The position numbers and the translations under genes are program-made. A stretch of 64,000 nucleotides of DNA from Eledone cirrhosa (Eukaryota): positions 205,220,001 through 205,284,000 of the forward strand of contig OZ024742.1 of the NCBI GenBank assembly GCA_964016885.1. Reading direction: 5' to 3'. Positions 1 to 13,064 of the stretch are shown piece after piece. The notes below the pieces were generated by a model, which saw only the letters and a list, made by a program, of their open reading frames with translations, had not been told where the DNA came from and did no database searches. Position 1 is the stretch's first letter, and every line of letters begins with the position of its first letter.

Positions 1-450
1 ATCAGTCCTGACTGGATCAAATTGGAATCAGGTCAGATCAGATCGGACTGCATTGAATCTGACTGGATCAGATCTGATCAGACTGGACTGGATTGGATCA
101 TACCAGACAAGATCTGATCCAATCAGATTGTTCCAGACCAGATCAGATAGCTCCAGACCAAATTGGATCAGACTAGACCAAATCGGACTGGATTGGATCA
201 GATCAGACTGGACAAGATTGGGTTACTCTGGATCAGGTTGGCTCAGACCAGATCAAATTGGATTGGATTACATCGGATTATTTCAGATCAGACTGGATTG
301 AACAGATTAATAATATCTGTCTAATCCAATCCAATCCAATCTGATCTGACCCAACCCAATAGATGAAAAGAGAGAATGGGCTGGGTCAGATGGAACCGGA
401 TTGGACAGATCTAGATCTAGTTTGATGTGACCAGGCCCAATCTGTTAGAT
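1..450. repeat. Pentamer-based satellite (GATCA/GACTG/GATTG), with a short inverted stretch near 315-360
   Basis: Continuous degenerate 5-mer periodicity; the ORF at 53-301 is a by-product of it. Confidence 0.85.
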
Positions 451-1312
451 GAAGAGAGATAGAGAGAATGCTAAACATGAAATTCACAGCTAAAAATGTA
501 TTTCCTTTCTATGAAGTGGTAGATTTCATATGTTTCTGTTTATATGATCTGTGTTTTAACTATTTGCCAGGTTTAGAGGAAGGGTCTGTGTCTATGATCT
601 GTGTTTTTATTTAAAATAATATAAGAATAAAACCATATAATAGAAGAAGGAATAAAACCATATCCTAAGATCCGAGCATAAAATCGGTTAATCTACCTTA
701 GTAGAGCCTCTACTTCTCCAAATTGAGAGATCACAGCTCTGGTACTATGGGCATGTGGTTAGAATGTCTCAGGAAAGAATATTGTCTAACATATTGTGAG
801 GTGTGTCTTGGTTTCACTTGAGAGCCTAAAAGGGGAATTTATATACTGCTTGAAGCAAGTGGATGGGTAGGTGGTGTTTGTCATTTTGGAGTGTTTCAAG
901 CTTTCCTGTGTAGGGGGTGAGAGGGTTCAGCAGCGAAGATGAATCAATCAAGGTTTGTCGTAGCTTTCCATGCTAGCATAGGTTGGGCAAAGAATTGAGG
1001 AGTAAACTAGCAAAGTGAAGACTTGAGAATTGTTCCATCTCTCTGTTTCTTTGGGTTTAGGGTGGTGAGAGGGATCAGGGCATGCTAGCTGGGCATTCAG
1101 GAATATACTGAGAGGACCTGATTGTTGTACCACCTCTCTGCTTCTGTAGGGTTAGGGTAGAGGGAGGAAGGTGATTAGCCATTCTTGTGATGCTTCTGTG
1201 GAGTTAGGATAGAGGAAGGAAGGTAGTTAGACATCTTCCTTGTGTTACATCATTCCACTTGTGTATTATGGAATATCACCAGTTTTCTTGGTTCTGGGTC
1301 ATCTCCTTTGTG

Positions 1313-1480
1313 AGGTTCAGCTGCATGAAGTTGACCTTCACCACATTATCCCTCAAGGTTCAGCTGCATGAAGTTGACCTAAACTACATCATCCCTCGAG
1401 GTTCAGCTGCATGAAATTGGCCTTCCCTACATCATCCCTTACAGTTCAGCAGAATGATGTCAGCCTTTACCACATCATCC
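1313..1480. repeat. 43-bp minisatellite, about 4 copies
   Basis: AGGTTCAGCTGCATGAA recurs at 1313, 1356 and 1399, with a degenerate fourth copy near 1442. Confidence 0.85.
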
Positions 1481-1639
1481 TATATATATTTAAAAAAAAT
1501 AATAATAAAGATTTGAAGATGCACCCAATGATTTTTATATATACATTAAAATTTACAATTCACAATGAAAATAAATTCTTCATACAAAATACATTGTATT
1601 TTCTTTTTTTTTTTTTTTTAATATAGCCTATTACTAGAA

Positions 1640-1888
1640 CAGAAGTCTAATAAGGCCTCTCATATTTAGATCAGGATCACTGTTCCTTCCAATTACTCCT
1701 TTTCAAGTCAGGTGGTCTGTGCTAATATGTGCATTGATGTCTCCCATTAGAATATATGCCTTCTTGCACTTGTGGTACAAGCAAGCATAAAAAGTTGCTG
1801 CAGAGAAAGTAAAGCCATTCAAAGTTAAGACATGGAAGGACTTTGGGGTTAAGCTGGAATCCAAAAATAGAGTATTCTGGCAAACCAT
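1640..1888 (-). mobile_element. L1/Tx1-like LINE fragment (AP endonuclease region)
   Basis: ILMGDINAH resembles the GDFNA motif; CATATTTAGATCAGGATCAC and flanking sequence are shared with 56518-56610. Confidence 0.5.
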
Positions 1889-2075
1889 TCACCAACTTCA
1901 TAACAAGAACCACCACCACCACCCACGCCTGCTATCATAAATGCGTCTACCCTTAATTTAACAGTTCATACATGTGCCTAATTTATTTATATATAGAAAT
2001 GTAAGTAATAACTTTTGAATAGGGAGTTTTTACAACATCAACTATAAGTCACCACCTGCTTTTATAACAATGAAC

Positions 2076-2107
2076 GGTTGCGTGTTCGTATCACGTCGGG
2101 GTCACCA
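2076..2107 (-). other. Extended primer-binding site complementary to the 3' end of tRNA-Trp
   Basis: Plus strand GGTTGCGTGTTCGTATCACGTCGGGGTCACCA matches the eukaryotic tRNA-Trp 3' end including CCA and abuts the LTR end at 2109. Confidence 0.8.
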
Positions 2108-2108
2108 A

Positions 2109-2609
2109 TTTAGCAAAACACTAGTGTGTATGAAAGTAACAAGGAGACATGGTTTGTGTGTATAATATTTAATCAACAATTTAACAGTATAGTTGACATG
2201 TCAATGAATAAACGAAAGAATGAAGCAAAGTTAGTAGTTACCGTTTTGATTGCCAGGTAAACGCGAGACGCCTGGTGCCGGAAGGGCAAATGAGAGAGAG
2301 GGAACTGAAAGTTCTTCGTTTTATAGGGTTCTGCCGGAAGTGATAAAAAGAGTTCTATCACCCCAACGGGAAGCAACTCCAACTACTTCCCGTGTAGAGA
2401 GCGTGTTCAGTTCCCTCTCTCTCATTTGCCCTTCCGGCGCCTGGCCTTCGCCAGGCGTCTCGCGTTTGCCTGGCAATCAAAACGGTAACTAACTTTGATT
2501 CATTCTTTCGTTTTATAGGGTTCTGCCGGAAGTGATAAAAAGGGTTCTATCACCCCAACGGGAAGCAACTCCAACTACTTCCCGTCTAGAGAGCGTGACT
2601 CCTGCTACA
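2109..2609 (-). mobile_element. Gypsy LTR (family A) with an internal duplication-inversion
   Basis: Minus-strand termini TGTAGCAGGAG...GCTAAA; followed by the Trp PBS; homologous in opposite orientation to the solo LTR at 3705-4040. Confidence 0.8.
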
Positions 2610-2945
2610 AGACTATTCAAAGACGGCAAAGGAATACTAATGCAATGAGAGCTGCCCGTGTAAATGATGCAGGTTTTATACCTAATAATTTTTAGTGAAT
2701 TGGCCATAGGGTTATTTACTCCAGTAAATACCACTACATGCCAACCTCTAATTTAATTTGTTTAGAAGATGTAAAAGAAATGACGATGTAGTAATTGAAA
2801 CATGACGAATACTTCGGTAAAGTGTATCAGTAACGATTTGCATTTATTGAAGTAGCTTGTTACAATTTTGGTAATGAAACGTACCTCGTGCCATGATGTG
2901 GTGTAATCCTCAGGTATAGGATAGGATTAGAAAAGATTTAGCATC

Positions 2946-3652
2946 TATAACGGCGGCGAAGATTCGAAACCGAATCGGAGCTTTTCTGCCTCTGGGACAA
3001 GCCGTGGTAAGTTGTTTACGCTCAAGAGACTAACCCCTTGGGAGAGGCTAAACACAGGTCAGAGGTGTTTACGCCTGACAGAAAATAGGTCAGAGGATAT
3101 ATCCATCTTTCTGACTTGTTTACGCTTGGCAAACTAATCCCTTGGGAGACTAACCAAAGTTCAGAGGATATATCTATCCTTCTAACTTCAACTCTTATAA
3201 ATACAGGGGTTGTTTACACCTCGACAGAAAATAAGTTATATACAGAAAAGACAAGTCGCATTTACAAGCTCTCGTCACGAAAAACCAGTCTGCCACTTAT
3301 TCTCACCTTCCTGGCTGATCGCTGACTCCTGCAATACAAATAAGTAAATACGCACACACGCATTCATAGTGAGTTCAGTATTTTTACACGCACCATTTCT
3401 GTTTACACATATTGTACCTTTCTGATACAGTACAAAGTATATTATAATCGTATTCTGCGATACTTGAATTTACGTGGCTCGAAGAGCCACCAAATTATTG
3501 TATGAATATTTTGTGTTATTGAATGTTGTTATAATAAAATAAACTTTGTAACAACACAATCCTGGTATTTTTCTTTACATCGAAACCACCATACCAACAG
3601 TTACATCCATCCATCCACTTATCGTTACAACCACACATAATATTCCGTTACA
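2946..3652. mobile_element. Solo LTR (family C) nested in LTR B
   Basis: Termini TATAACGG...CCGTTACA; 4-bp TSD CATC at 2942-2945 and 3653-3656; the uninterrupted site is visible near 6605. Confidence 0.85.
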
Positions 3653-3704
3653 CATCTGTGCTTGGTGTGGTCAGTTCTAGAGCCGTTGATGAAAGAGAAT
3701 ATAC

Positions 3705-4040
3705 TGTAGCAGGAGTTGCCTCCCTTGTTGTGACACTCACATCACCAATAGATTAACGCTCTCTAGATAGGAAGTAGAACTCTTTCTGTCACTTCCGTTC
3801 CAACCCTATAAAGGGAATAACTTTCAGCTCCCTATCTCTCATTTGCCCTTTCGGCTCCTGACCTTCGGCCAGGCGCGTTCGCCTGGCAACCAAACGGTAA
3901 CTAATAACTTTGCTTCATTCTCTTATCTATTCATTGACATGTCAACTATACTGTTCTATATATCCACAAATTGTTAATTAAATATTATACACACAAACCA
4001 CGTCTCTTGTTATATTCATACACACCAGTATTTTGTTATA
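3705..4040 (+). mobile_element. Solo LTR (family A) nested in LTR B
   Basis: Starts TGTAGCAGGAG; 4-bp TSD ATAC at 3701-3704 and 4041-4044; the empty site is visible near 6645. Confidence 0.85.
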
Positions 4041-4764
4041 ATACCTTTTGGCGTAACCATGCCTGGCCTTAAGGCCAGGCAGCCAAGAGGTGAAAAAGAG
4101 GTAGATTGTCCTTTGCTCCTTCTTTTATAATCTCTGAAACGGAAGTTCAAGCGGTATTCTAGAAATTCCCTTTGTCTAGAGAGCGCTACAAGACTCCCCT
4201 CTCAGACGAAAAGTCGAATAACCAGTCGAAGGTCATTGTAGAGTGAACCCGTAAGAAATGAGGAGCAATGCAAAGGTACAAGAAGGTGCATGAATAAAAC
4301 ATAAGCTCGCAACTGAAACAAATAGCAAAAAAAAAAAGCACAAAACAAGTAAATGCATTTGACAAAGAAAAAAATGTAAATGTAACAAAACTGATAATTC
4401 AAAGTTAACATAAAGGAGCAGAGAAAAAAATAGTTCATACATCACTAGTGTGAAAACGCTGAAAAAGAGCACATCAATAAAAAAAATGAATGAATGCAAG
4501 AAGAAAATTATGAATGAGGCGCTAAGGGGCCAGTGTTATGTATGCCGCTGTGTCAAATGACTGGCTGTTTATAACATGACCACCTAGGGTCTAATAAAGT
4601 CTGACATGGGCGAAAATGTGCAAAATGTTTTCAAAGTTGCTGTTCTTGCATTAATTGTTATAAAAGTTGTTGTTGGCGGTGGCTGTAAAAGTATGAAACT
4701 ACCACTTCTGTTATGTTCCTGTGAAATCGCCGTTGGTGTTGTGGCTGTAGTTGTGGTAAATGTT

Positions 4765-5490
4765 TTACCACCAGTAGCTGTTGTTGATGATGATGTTGTT
4801 CATGTCCAACGATTCCAAGGTAGGTTGGTCAGTTGCAATGGCAACTAAATCGATATGTGCATGAGACGCAAGAGAACACACAGAAAGTCGAGATAGTGCG
4901 TCCGCAGGTATGTTGGAAGTTCCAGCTATGTGACGAATGTCACTGGTATACTGTGAGATGAGATCCACATGCCTATACGCTCTCGGAGAGTACTTGTCGG
5001 ACTTGGATTGTAAAGCGAACGTTAACGGTTTGTGGTCCGTGAATATCGTGAACTCCCGCCCCTCTAAAAGATGGTGGAAGTGCTTCACGGCAAGATAAAT
5101 CGCCAAAAGTTCTCTGTGAAAGGTGCTGTATCTCTGTTCTGCTGGTTTTAATTGGCGAGAGAAAAATGCCAATGGTTGAACTTGGTGATCGATTACATGA
5201 TGCAAAACTGGGCCAACAGCACGATCAGATGCATCAACAGATAAGGAAAGACTGGAAACTTTAGCTAGCTCATTAAAAAACTGCAATGCATCGGCAGAAA
5301 GTGAAATTTTTTCATCTTTCTTTTTTGCAGCCCTTAAAAACTGTGTTAAGTGTCAAGGGGAATAACTTGTCCGCACAGTTAGGAATAAAGCCACGATAAA
5401 AGTTAATTAATCCTAAGAAATGGCGTAATTGTTTCAACGTTGTTGGTGGTGCCAATTGCTGAATCGCCTCTACTTTAGCTGGCAATCTGG
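4765..5490 (-). pseudogene. Gypsy pol fragment (RT C-terminus and RNase H)
   Basis: VDASDRAVG, QPLAFFSRQL, RELLAIYLAVKHF, FTDHKPL and NIPADALSR motifs; frameshifted and deleted. Confidence 0.92.
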
Positions 5491-6913
5491 AACAAGTGGT
5501 CTGGGTGAGCCAGTAGATATATCGCAGAGAATTTTTCCTTCGGAAGATGGAAGAGGTAAATATTCAAATTTGCAGCAGGAGAACTGGTCAGAGGAAATGT
5601 CCAGCTAAGTTTTTTTTAAGTAGCTGACCGCAGAATGAACGTGCATAAAAATTCCCAGCAAGTGACGTCAATTTTTGTTTTACTGGCATTAATAAAGTAG
5701 CTCGTGGCCGAACTATTCTTTGAGATGAATAGCAATGAGTGTGTTGGTAAAATACACCGCGCGGGAAAATGACGAAATCAGGAAGACAAGATGGCCGATA
5801 ATGAAAGCAAATAGAGCAAAAGACGCCATTTTGAATTTTTTCGGTGAATGATGAAAAAGGCTTGGTGGAAAGAGTAAGCAATAGTTGAAATTCAGCAAAA
5901 ATAAATATTCATATTGAAATGTGTAAAAAAAAAAGTCCAATTTTTTTTTCTTTTTAAGTGTTCGTTGTAAGAAGAAACAAAAAACATATATATACATCCA
6001 GTGAAATGCGACACATAGTTGATGTACGACACGTGCGTGCAAGGCAAAATTTTATGTTTATTTTGCTTGCTGAGAAAATTTTTTTTTTTATGTGTTCGTT
6101 ATGCGGAGAGAAATCCATGTCTAAGGCGGTCGGAGGGATTTCTTAGTCCGAAAAAAATATATATCACGTTAGGTGAGAGAAAAAGTCTGTCTGAACGAGA
6201 ATTTCACATGTGCGTGTGTTCGTTTCTGTGTCTGCGTATTTTTCCTAGTTTGTTAATAAAGTTTGCTGCGTGTTCAAAATGTTGGTCGACACATTCCAAC
6301 GAAAATGGGGTAACCATTTTTTTTAACTAGTTGAAATATATCGTCCCATGTCGGGTTCACCAGTTTAGTGAATTGGCCATAGGGTTATTTACTCCAGTAA
6401 ATACCACTACATGCCAACCACTAATTTTATTTGTTTAGAAGATGTAAAAGAAATGACGATGTAGTAATTGAAACATGACGAATACTTCGGAAAAGTGTAT
6501 CAGTAACGATTTGCATTTATTGAAGTAGCTTGTTACAATTTTGGTAATGAAACGTACCTCGTGCCATGATGTGGTGTATAGGATAGGATTAGAAAAGGTT
6601 TAGCATCTGTGCTTGGTGTGGTCAGCCGTTGGTGAAAGAGAGTATACCTTTTGGCGTAACCATGCCTAGCCTTAAGGCCAGTCAGCCAAGAGGTTGATTG
6701 TCCTTTGCTCCTTCTTTTATAATCTCTGAAACAGAAGTTCAAGGGGTTTTCTAGAAATTCCACGGGACGTAACTTTGGCTACTTCCCTTTGTCTAGAGAG
6801 CGCTACAAATTGTTTCTACTTTTGGCACAAGGCCAGCAATTAACCAGTACATTACTGGTACTTTATTTTATCGACCCCGTAAGGATGAAAGGCAAAGTTA
6901 ACCTCGGCGGGAT

Positions 6914-9900
6914 TTGAACACATATTCAGAAAACAGAGTTCACATTCATAACTGTGGAAATATGGACTCCAATTGTGAGTTTTGCCCAGGAAAACATTTT
7001 TCTGCAGAGAAACCATCAGATGGACGTTTTAATAATTATTGTTACAAAAGCAAAATTTTACGTCTTATCAGAAGAGAATTTCCACCATATTTAGTTTCAT
7101 GTGAAATATGTATTTTGGAAATTTATGTGTGGATATACATTTCTAGTGGGGACCGGCTAGTCGATTTAATTGATTTTATGTATATCACTGTTTTTTTGTT
7201 GTTGTCCCTGGTGGATAAAATGTAAGGTTGAATCTTACAGTAGTTGAAACAATCCGTTAAGTATGTAGCCTTCTCCAGACTCTATGTTAGTGCTGCACCT
7301 TATTTGGTTATAATTGGTTATAATTTAGTTTCATTGTTATCTGATCAAAATCATCCTCATTATAGGAATTTCAAAGAAAACATTCGGTCATATAATTCAT
7401 CACAATCATTCGCTTCGATTGGTGCTCAAGTGCAGAATCCATCAGCAAAAGGCCCATTTTGTTTCTGCGTGATGGACAAATTTACAACAGAACTTCACAT
7501 ATTTATCCAAATGAAGACAAACGAAGACAATATGCCCAGCTTTATGCTGTAGACAGCGCCCAAGCAACAGCAATAAGAGCTGCCTCCAAGAAGTGTTCGA
7601 AAAATTGGATAATGTGTATGCTCAGTCTTTTCAAACACTTCGTGAAATTGAAGTACAAGAAGGACAGCGTGCTCAGGAAGAAAACATTGATATGTCAAGC
7701 GTCAACTTAGTATTCAACAGAGATCGTAATACCGACAGAAGGAGATACAATTTGCCAACAGTCAATGAAATTGCTATTGTATTCAGAAACGAAGAAGGCG
7801 AAATACCATTTTGTCGAGATTTTAAAGTATATCCAAAGAACTCTGAGGCTCCTACTATAAATCTCAACATCTTGATCCAATGATGTACGTATTATTTTCC
7901 CCACACGGTGGACCAGGATGGCAACCAAACATGACTGGAAATCGTGATGACCAGCAACGACAAAACATTTCAATGTTTCAACATAAAATATCTTTAACTG
8001 CTGCAAGGGATAATGAATTCAATTCCCTTTTGCACAGAGGAAAACTTTTTCAACAGTGGGTTGTAGATTCTCACAAGTTGAAGCTAACAATTTAAATTAC
8101 ATACGAACACAACAAAACAATCTGAAAGTGGAACAATATCAAGGACTTGCTGACCATTTAGCCAATGCAAGCAAATACTGAAGATGCTCGATTCGGACGG
8201 ACAGTCATTCTTCCATCATCATTCAGCAAGAAATATGAGAGAGCGATACCAAGATGCATTAGCAATTATGAGAAAATTTCGTCCACCTGATATATTTCTT
8301 ACAATGACATGCAACCCTAATTGGCCCGAGTTACAAAACAACCTTTTCCCGGGTCAACAGCCTCCATAGACCAGATTTAGTGGCTCGGGTGTTCAATATT
8401 AAGTTGCAGGAACTAATAATTGATGTAACAAAAAGACATGAGATTGGCCGAGTTGTCGCACATTGTTTCACCATAGAATTTCAGAAGAGAAGACTGCCGC
8501 ATGCCCATTTATTATTAATATTTCATCCAGAAGATAACCCAAACCCAACTGAAAAAATCGACAAAATTGTGTGCTGAAATCCCTGACCTAAAGACAGAAC
8601 CACAACTCTGAAATTGTTAAGAAATTTATGATTCACGGTCCCTGTGGTGAGCAAAACCCTAACACGTCATGCAACAACTGCTCAAAAGGAAACCTTTAAA
8701 AACCGAGATAGTTATCCATCCTACAGAAGACGTCCAGGTTCAACATTAAACGTTGTTCAGAAAGTAGTGGACAACAGATATGTTGTACCTTATAACAAAT
8801 ATCTAAGTCACAAATACAACTGCCACGTCAATGTAGAAATTTACGCCTTCATCCACTCAGTGAAATCTGTGTATAAATACATATACAAAGGTTACGATTC
8901 CACAACCGTAGGCATCAGCAATGTCATAATTCATGATGAAATCAAGAATTTTCTAGATACCAGATATGTGAGTGCTCCAGAAGGAAATTGGAGATTGCTT
9001 GAATTGAAAATGCATGACAAATCCCACGCAATTATTCGCCTACCTGTTCATATCCTGCAGGAACAGCCCGTCTATTTTGAGGAGGGACAAGAAAAGAGCT
9101 GCACCACGCAACACTCCTCTAACTGCATGGTTCTTGCTTAACCAAAATGATGAAAATGCAAGACAATAGCTATATGTAGACATTCCTTATCATTATGTCT
9201 ACAATAAGAAAACGACGCAGTGGACTCCCAGACAACGTGGAGCTGACAAAATCCTAAGTCGAATGTATTCTGTCAACCCCAAGTATCAGGAAAGATTTTA
9301 CATGAGACTTTTGTTGCTGCAGGTTAAAGGAGCTCGAAGTTTCGAAGAACTGAAAACCGTGGATGAGGTCATATGCAACAGCTATAAAGAAGCAGCAGAG
9401 CGCCGGCAGTTGGTTCAAAATGACAATGAGTGGATAATATGCCAAAGCAGCCCCGGCAGCTGTTTATACTCATTTGCATTTTCAATAATCCAGTCAATCC
9501 TGACGTACTGTTCAACAAGTTTGAAGAAAGTTTGACTGAAGATTTCCTTATACATCACACTAGAAACATTTTTGTACAACTGGCTTTACGAGAAATTGAA
9601 ACAGTAATGTCCTTGCAAGGTTTGACATGCCGAGAGTTGCATCTTCCGATTGTTGATATGCCTTTTTGATGAATGCCCAGAATGTAAAACAAATCCAGGA
9701 CGACCTTGAAGTGGAAGCACAAATTACTTCTTTGACAGACAATCAGCGTCGTGTGTTTGATCAAATTGTCACAGCTATTGATGAAGAACACCGACCCAGC
9801 AGATTTTTCTTCTTAGATGGCCCTGGTGGTACAGGAAAAACATACCTCTACAATACCTTGATATCGCATTTGAGTCGTCAAGGAAAGCGTGTTCTCTCAT

Positions 9901-11340
9901 TTGCTACAACAGGCATTGCGGCTGATCTATTGCACCAAGGAAGAACTGTACACAGTGGCTTTAAGCTCCCAGTCCCTATCTTGGAAAACTCTACATCACT
10001 AATGAAGATTCCATGACAGCGCTCTGAAAAATTAAAATTAGTTAATCTAATAATAATTGATGGGGCATCAATGCTTTCAGGAAATGCATTGAGGTGCATT
10101 GATTTACTGCTAAAGGAAATAATTGTTTCTACTTTTGGGCACAAGGCCAGCAATTACCCAGTGCATTACTAGTACTTTATTTTATCGACCCCGTAAGGAT
10201 GAAAGGCAAAGTTAACTTCGGCGGGATTTGAACTCAGAATGGCAAGGGCCGTAACTCTATGCGTCAAAGCATGGCGTCCGAAAATAATTGTTTCTACTTT
10301 TGGCACAAGGCCAGCAATTACCCAATACATTACTGGTACTTTATTTTATCGACCCCGTAAGGATGAAAGGCAAAGTTAACCTCGGCGGGATTTGAACTCA
10401 GACCGTAAAGGGACGTAACTATGCTGGAAAGCATGGCGAGGAAATAATGAACTGCCACGGTAAAGTTCTCCTTCTTGGAGGGGACTTTAGGCAAACTGCG
10501 CCAATTATTCCGAGAGGGTCAAATGCTGCTATAATTGAATCTTCTATCAAACATTCTCCTCTATGGACAGATGTGACACTTTTTACTTTAACTGAGAATA
10601 TGCGAATAAATGGACAAGAAGAATTCAACGCATGGCTTCTTGGCATAGGAAATGGAACAGTTACTAATGGTGTGGGCTTAGATGAAGATTTAATAGAAAT
10701 TCCTGAAACTATGATTTTATCCTGAAATTTGATAAGAGAGGTATTTGGCGACGACATTTCTGTAGTAAGTATCGGCGATATTGATGAAATTTCGACAAAA
10801 ATTATTTCAATACCGAAAAACAAAATTCCATCGCACTGAATACCAAGATATTGTTACTTCAAGATGGAGACTTACAGATATATCAAAATGTTGATGTGTT
10901 GGTTGACGAAAGTGACGAGAATGAATTATCCAGAAGAGTTTTTGAATTATCTGATGCAGTCAGCTATGCCCCTATACAATCTAGCACTGAAGAAAAATTC
11001 CATTGTTATTTTGCTGAGAAATTTGGAACCTGCTAATGGCTTGCTGAATGGTACTCAATTTTTGGTTTTATTTTCTAATGAATTTCATATTCATGCAAAA
11101 ATCATTACTTGCAATAAAAAAGGAAATGAAGCTTTCATACCACGAGTTGACCTGCGTCCGAGTGAAACAGATTTACCCTTCAATATGAGCAGACAGCAGT
11201 TCCCTATGATACCAGCTTTTGCCATGACCAGAGTTTCGAAAAAGTTGGTATTTACTTGCGTATTTAGTCGCAGCCAGCTTTGTGGCCTTAAGTCGTACGA
11301 GAAGGAAGAAAAACTTTAAAATTCTTTTGAAGGAAACAAG
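6914..11340 (+). mobile_element. Decayed autonomous Helitron, RepHel (HUH Rep plus Pif1 helicase) pseudogene
   Basis: Rep motifs PDIFLTMTCNPNWPE, IEFQKRRLPHAHLL and YKYIYKG; helicase motifs DGPGGTGKT, LGGDFRQ, LTENMR and QFPMIPAFAMT; many stops and frameshifts. Confidence 0.95.
10124..10438 (-). mobile_element. Tandem dimer of tRNA-derived SINE inserted in the Helitron helicase
   Basis: Two 5'-truncated SINE copies flanked by one TSD, AGGAAATAAT (10114-10123 and 10439-10448). Confidence 0.85.
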
Positions 11341-11751
11341 CAGTCAAGGCATTTTAGCTGCAGATAGATTTTTCACAAAAAAAAAAACAAAAAAAATTGT
11401 AATAAGAGAGTTATTAAACTAAAAACTTGGTTTTGTACTCTTTTTATATATTTATATATCTAAAACAGAGAATGTCTGTCTCTCTGTCTGTCTATCTGTC
11501 TCCCTAAAACTCGAGAACCACCCAACCAAATTTTTTCAAACTTTACTTATGGTCGTGTGAGTGTTTTGAGCAAAAAATATTTCAAATGTTCAATGCCCTA
11601 GAGACCACATTAGGCGATTTAGCGATCTCTCTCTCTCTTTCTTAGTCTGTCTTTTTAACTAGATACATAGGTATAACATCGCGCCCTTATAATGTCTGTC
11701 TGTATGTCTGGCTGTCTGAACTACGACATTATGACACTATATGTGTATATA

Positions 11752-11817
<66 letters not shown>

Positions 11818-11877
11818 TTGTATATTAATTTTGATTTATTTTGAAAAATTGGTTGAATTTTACTTGTTCTGCTTATC

Positions 11878-11938
<61 letters not shown>

Positions 11939-11975
11939 TATGTAACGTTTTTCAAAATATTTACTTCTGCGTTCA

Positions 11976-12050
11976 CAGATTGATTTTTTTTTGTTTCAGA
12001 AGATCTCGTTAAGAGTGAAAGCAGCGATTCTTCGCTTAAACTTTAATCTG
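11976..12050 (+). ncRNA. Type I hammerhead-like motif, variant core CAGAAGA (family P1)
   Basis: GTTT-CAGAAGA-tCTC gttaa GAGt-GAAA-GC..GC-TT/AAAC; distal stem I CAGATTG/TAATCTG. Confidence 0.6.
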
Positions 12051-12092
<42 letters not shown>

Positions 12093-12098
<6 letters not shown>

Positions 12099-13064
12099 TA
12101 TGAAGAGAGAAGAAACATTTAGATATAATTAGTAATAAAATGTATCATACCTAAACTGTTCCTAAATTCCTCGACTACGTAGTTTCGTGGCATAAACAAA
12201 AACAATTGTTTTTGTTTATGCCACGAAACTACGTAGTCGAGGAATTTAGGAACAGTTTAGGTATGATACATTTTATTACTAATTATATCTAAATGTTTCT
12301 TCTCTCTTCATAATGTATTTTTAACTCTGATACTGGTTCAGTCTGGTTCAAACTGAATTGGTCTGTCCCAGTCATTCATTGAGCAACATCGGTGAAGTTG
12401 GCACCCTTAACTCACAGTTGGGTGCGGATGCATTCATGTATATATGTGTGTGTCCGCATGTATCTGTGTGTTTTTAAATATATTAATAACTCCCTCTGGT
12501 CGAGCAATCTTTGAAGTGTGGGGACAACTGGAAAGCTTCCATTACTCATACTTCTCGCCTTCTTCACTACCTCTTCTACGGCCTCGATATGAATACCCCC
12601 TCCGCCTCCGTGGTATTTTCTTCGTGGTTATAAGAGGCTTAGCTCTGTTTCTCGACCGTTATATCGCGTGACTATCTCCCCCTCCGCCTTTTGGGATTCT
12701 TTCTCACGTCGTGTAGACGCGTTCTTGAGACTAGTAAAATGAGGTATCCTCTTGATAAGTTGGCAGACCTCGCAAGGACTCTATATCTTGATATATTGTT
12801 TTTGTTTATGCCACGAAACTACGTAGTCGAGGAATTTAGGAACAGTTTAGGTATGATACATTTTATTACTAATTATATCTAAATGTTTCTTCTCTCTTCA
12901 TAATGTATTTTTAACTCTGATACTGGTTCAGTCTGGTTCAAACTGAATTGGTCTGTCCCAGTCATTCATTGAGCAACATCGGTGAAGTTGGCACCCTTAA
13001 CTCACAGTTGGGTGCGGATGCATTCATGTATATATGTGTGTGTCCGCATGTATCTGTGTGTTTT

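Larger units (their letters stand above)
2691..6808 (-). mobile_element. Internally deleted Ty3/Gypsy LTR retrotransposon (LTR family B)
   Basis: 5' LTR 6808-6364 (TGTAG...CTAAA); PBS TGGTGAACCCGACATGGG at 6362-6345; PPT AGAGGGGAG near 4202-4194; 3' LTR 4189-2691 interrupted by two solo LTRs; RT/RNase H relic inside. Confidence 0.88.

Noticed and set aside
53-301. 82-aa ORF with periodic D/R/I/W residues
   Set aside because: Translation of a pentamer satellite
2076-2107. tRNA-Trp gene
   Set aside because: Only the 3' 32 nt are present, CCA is encoded, and it abuts an LTR, so it is a PBS
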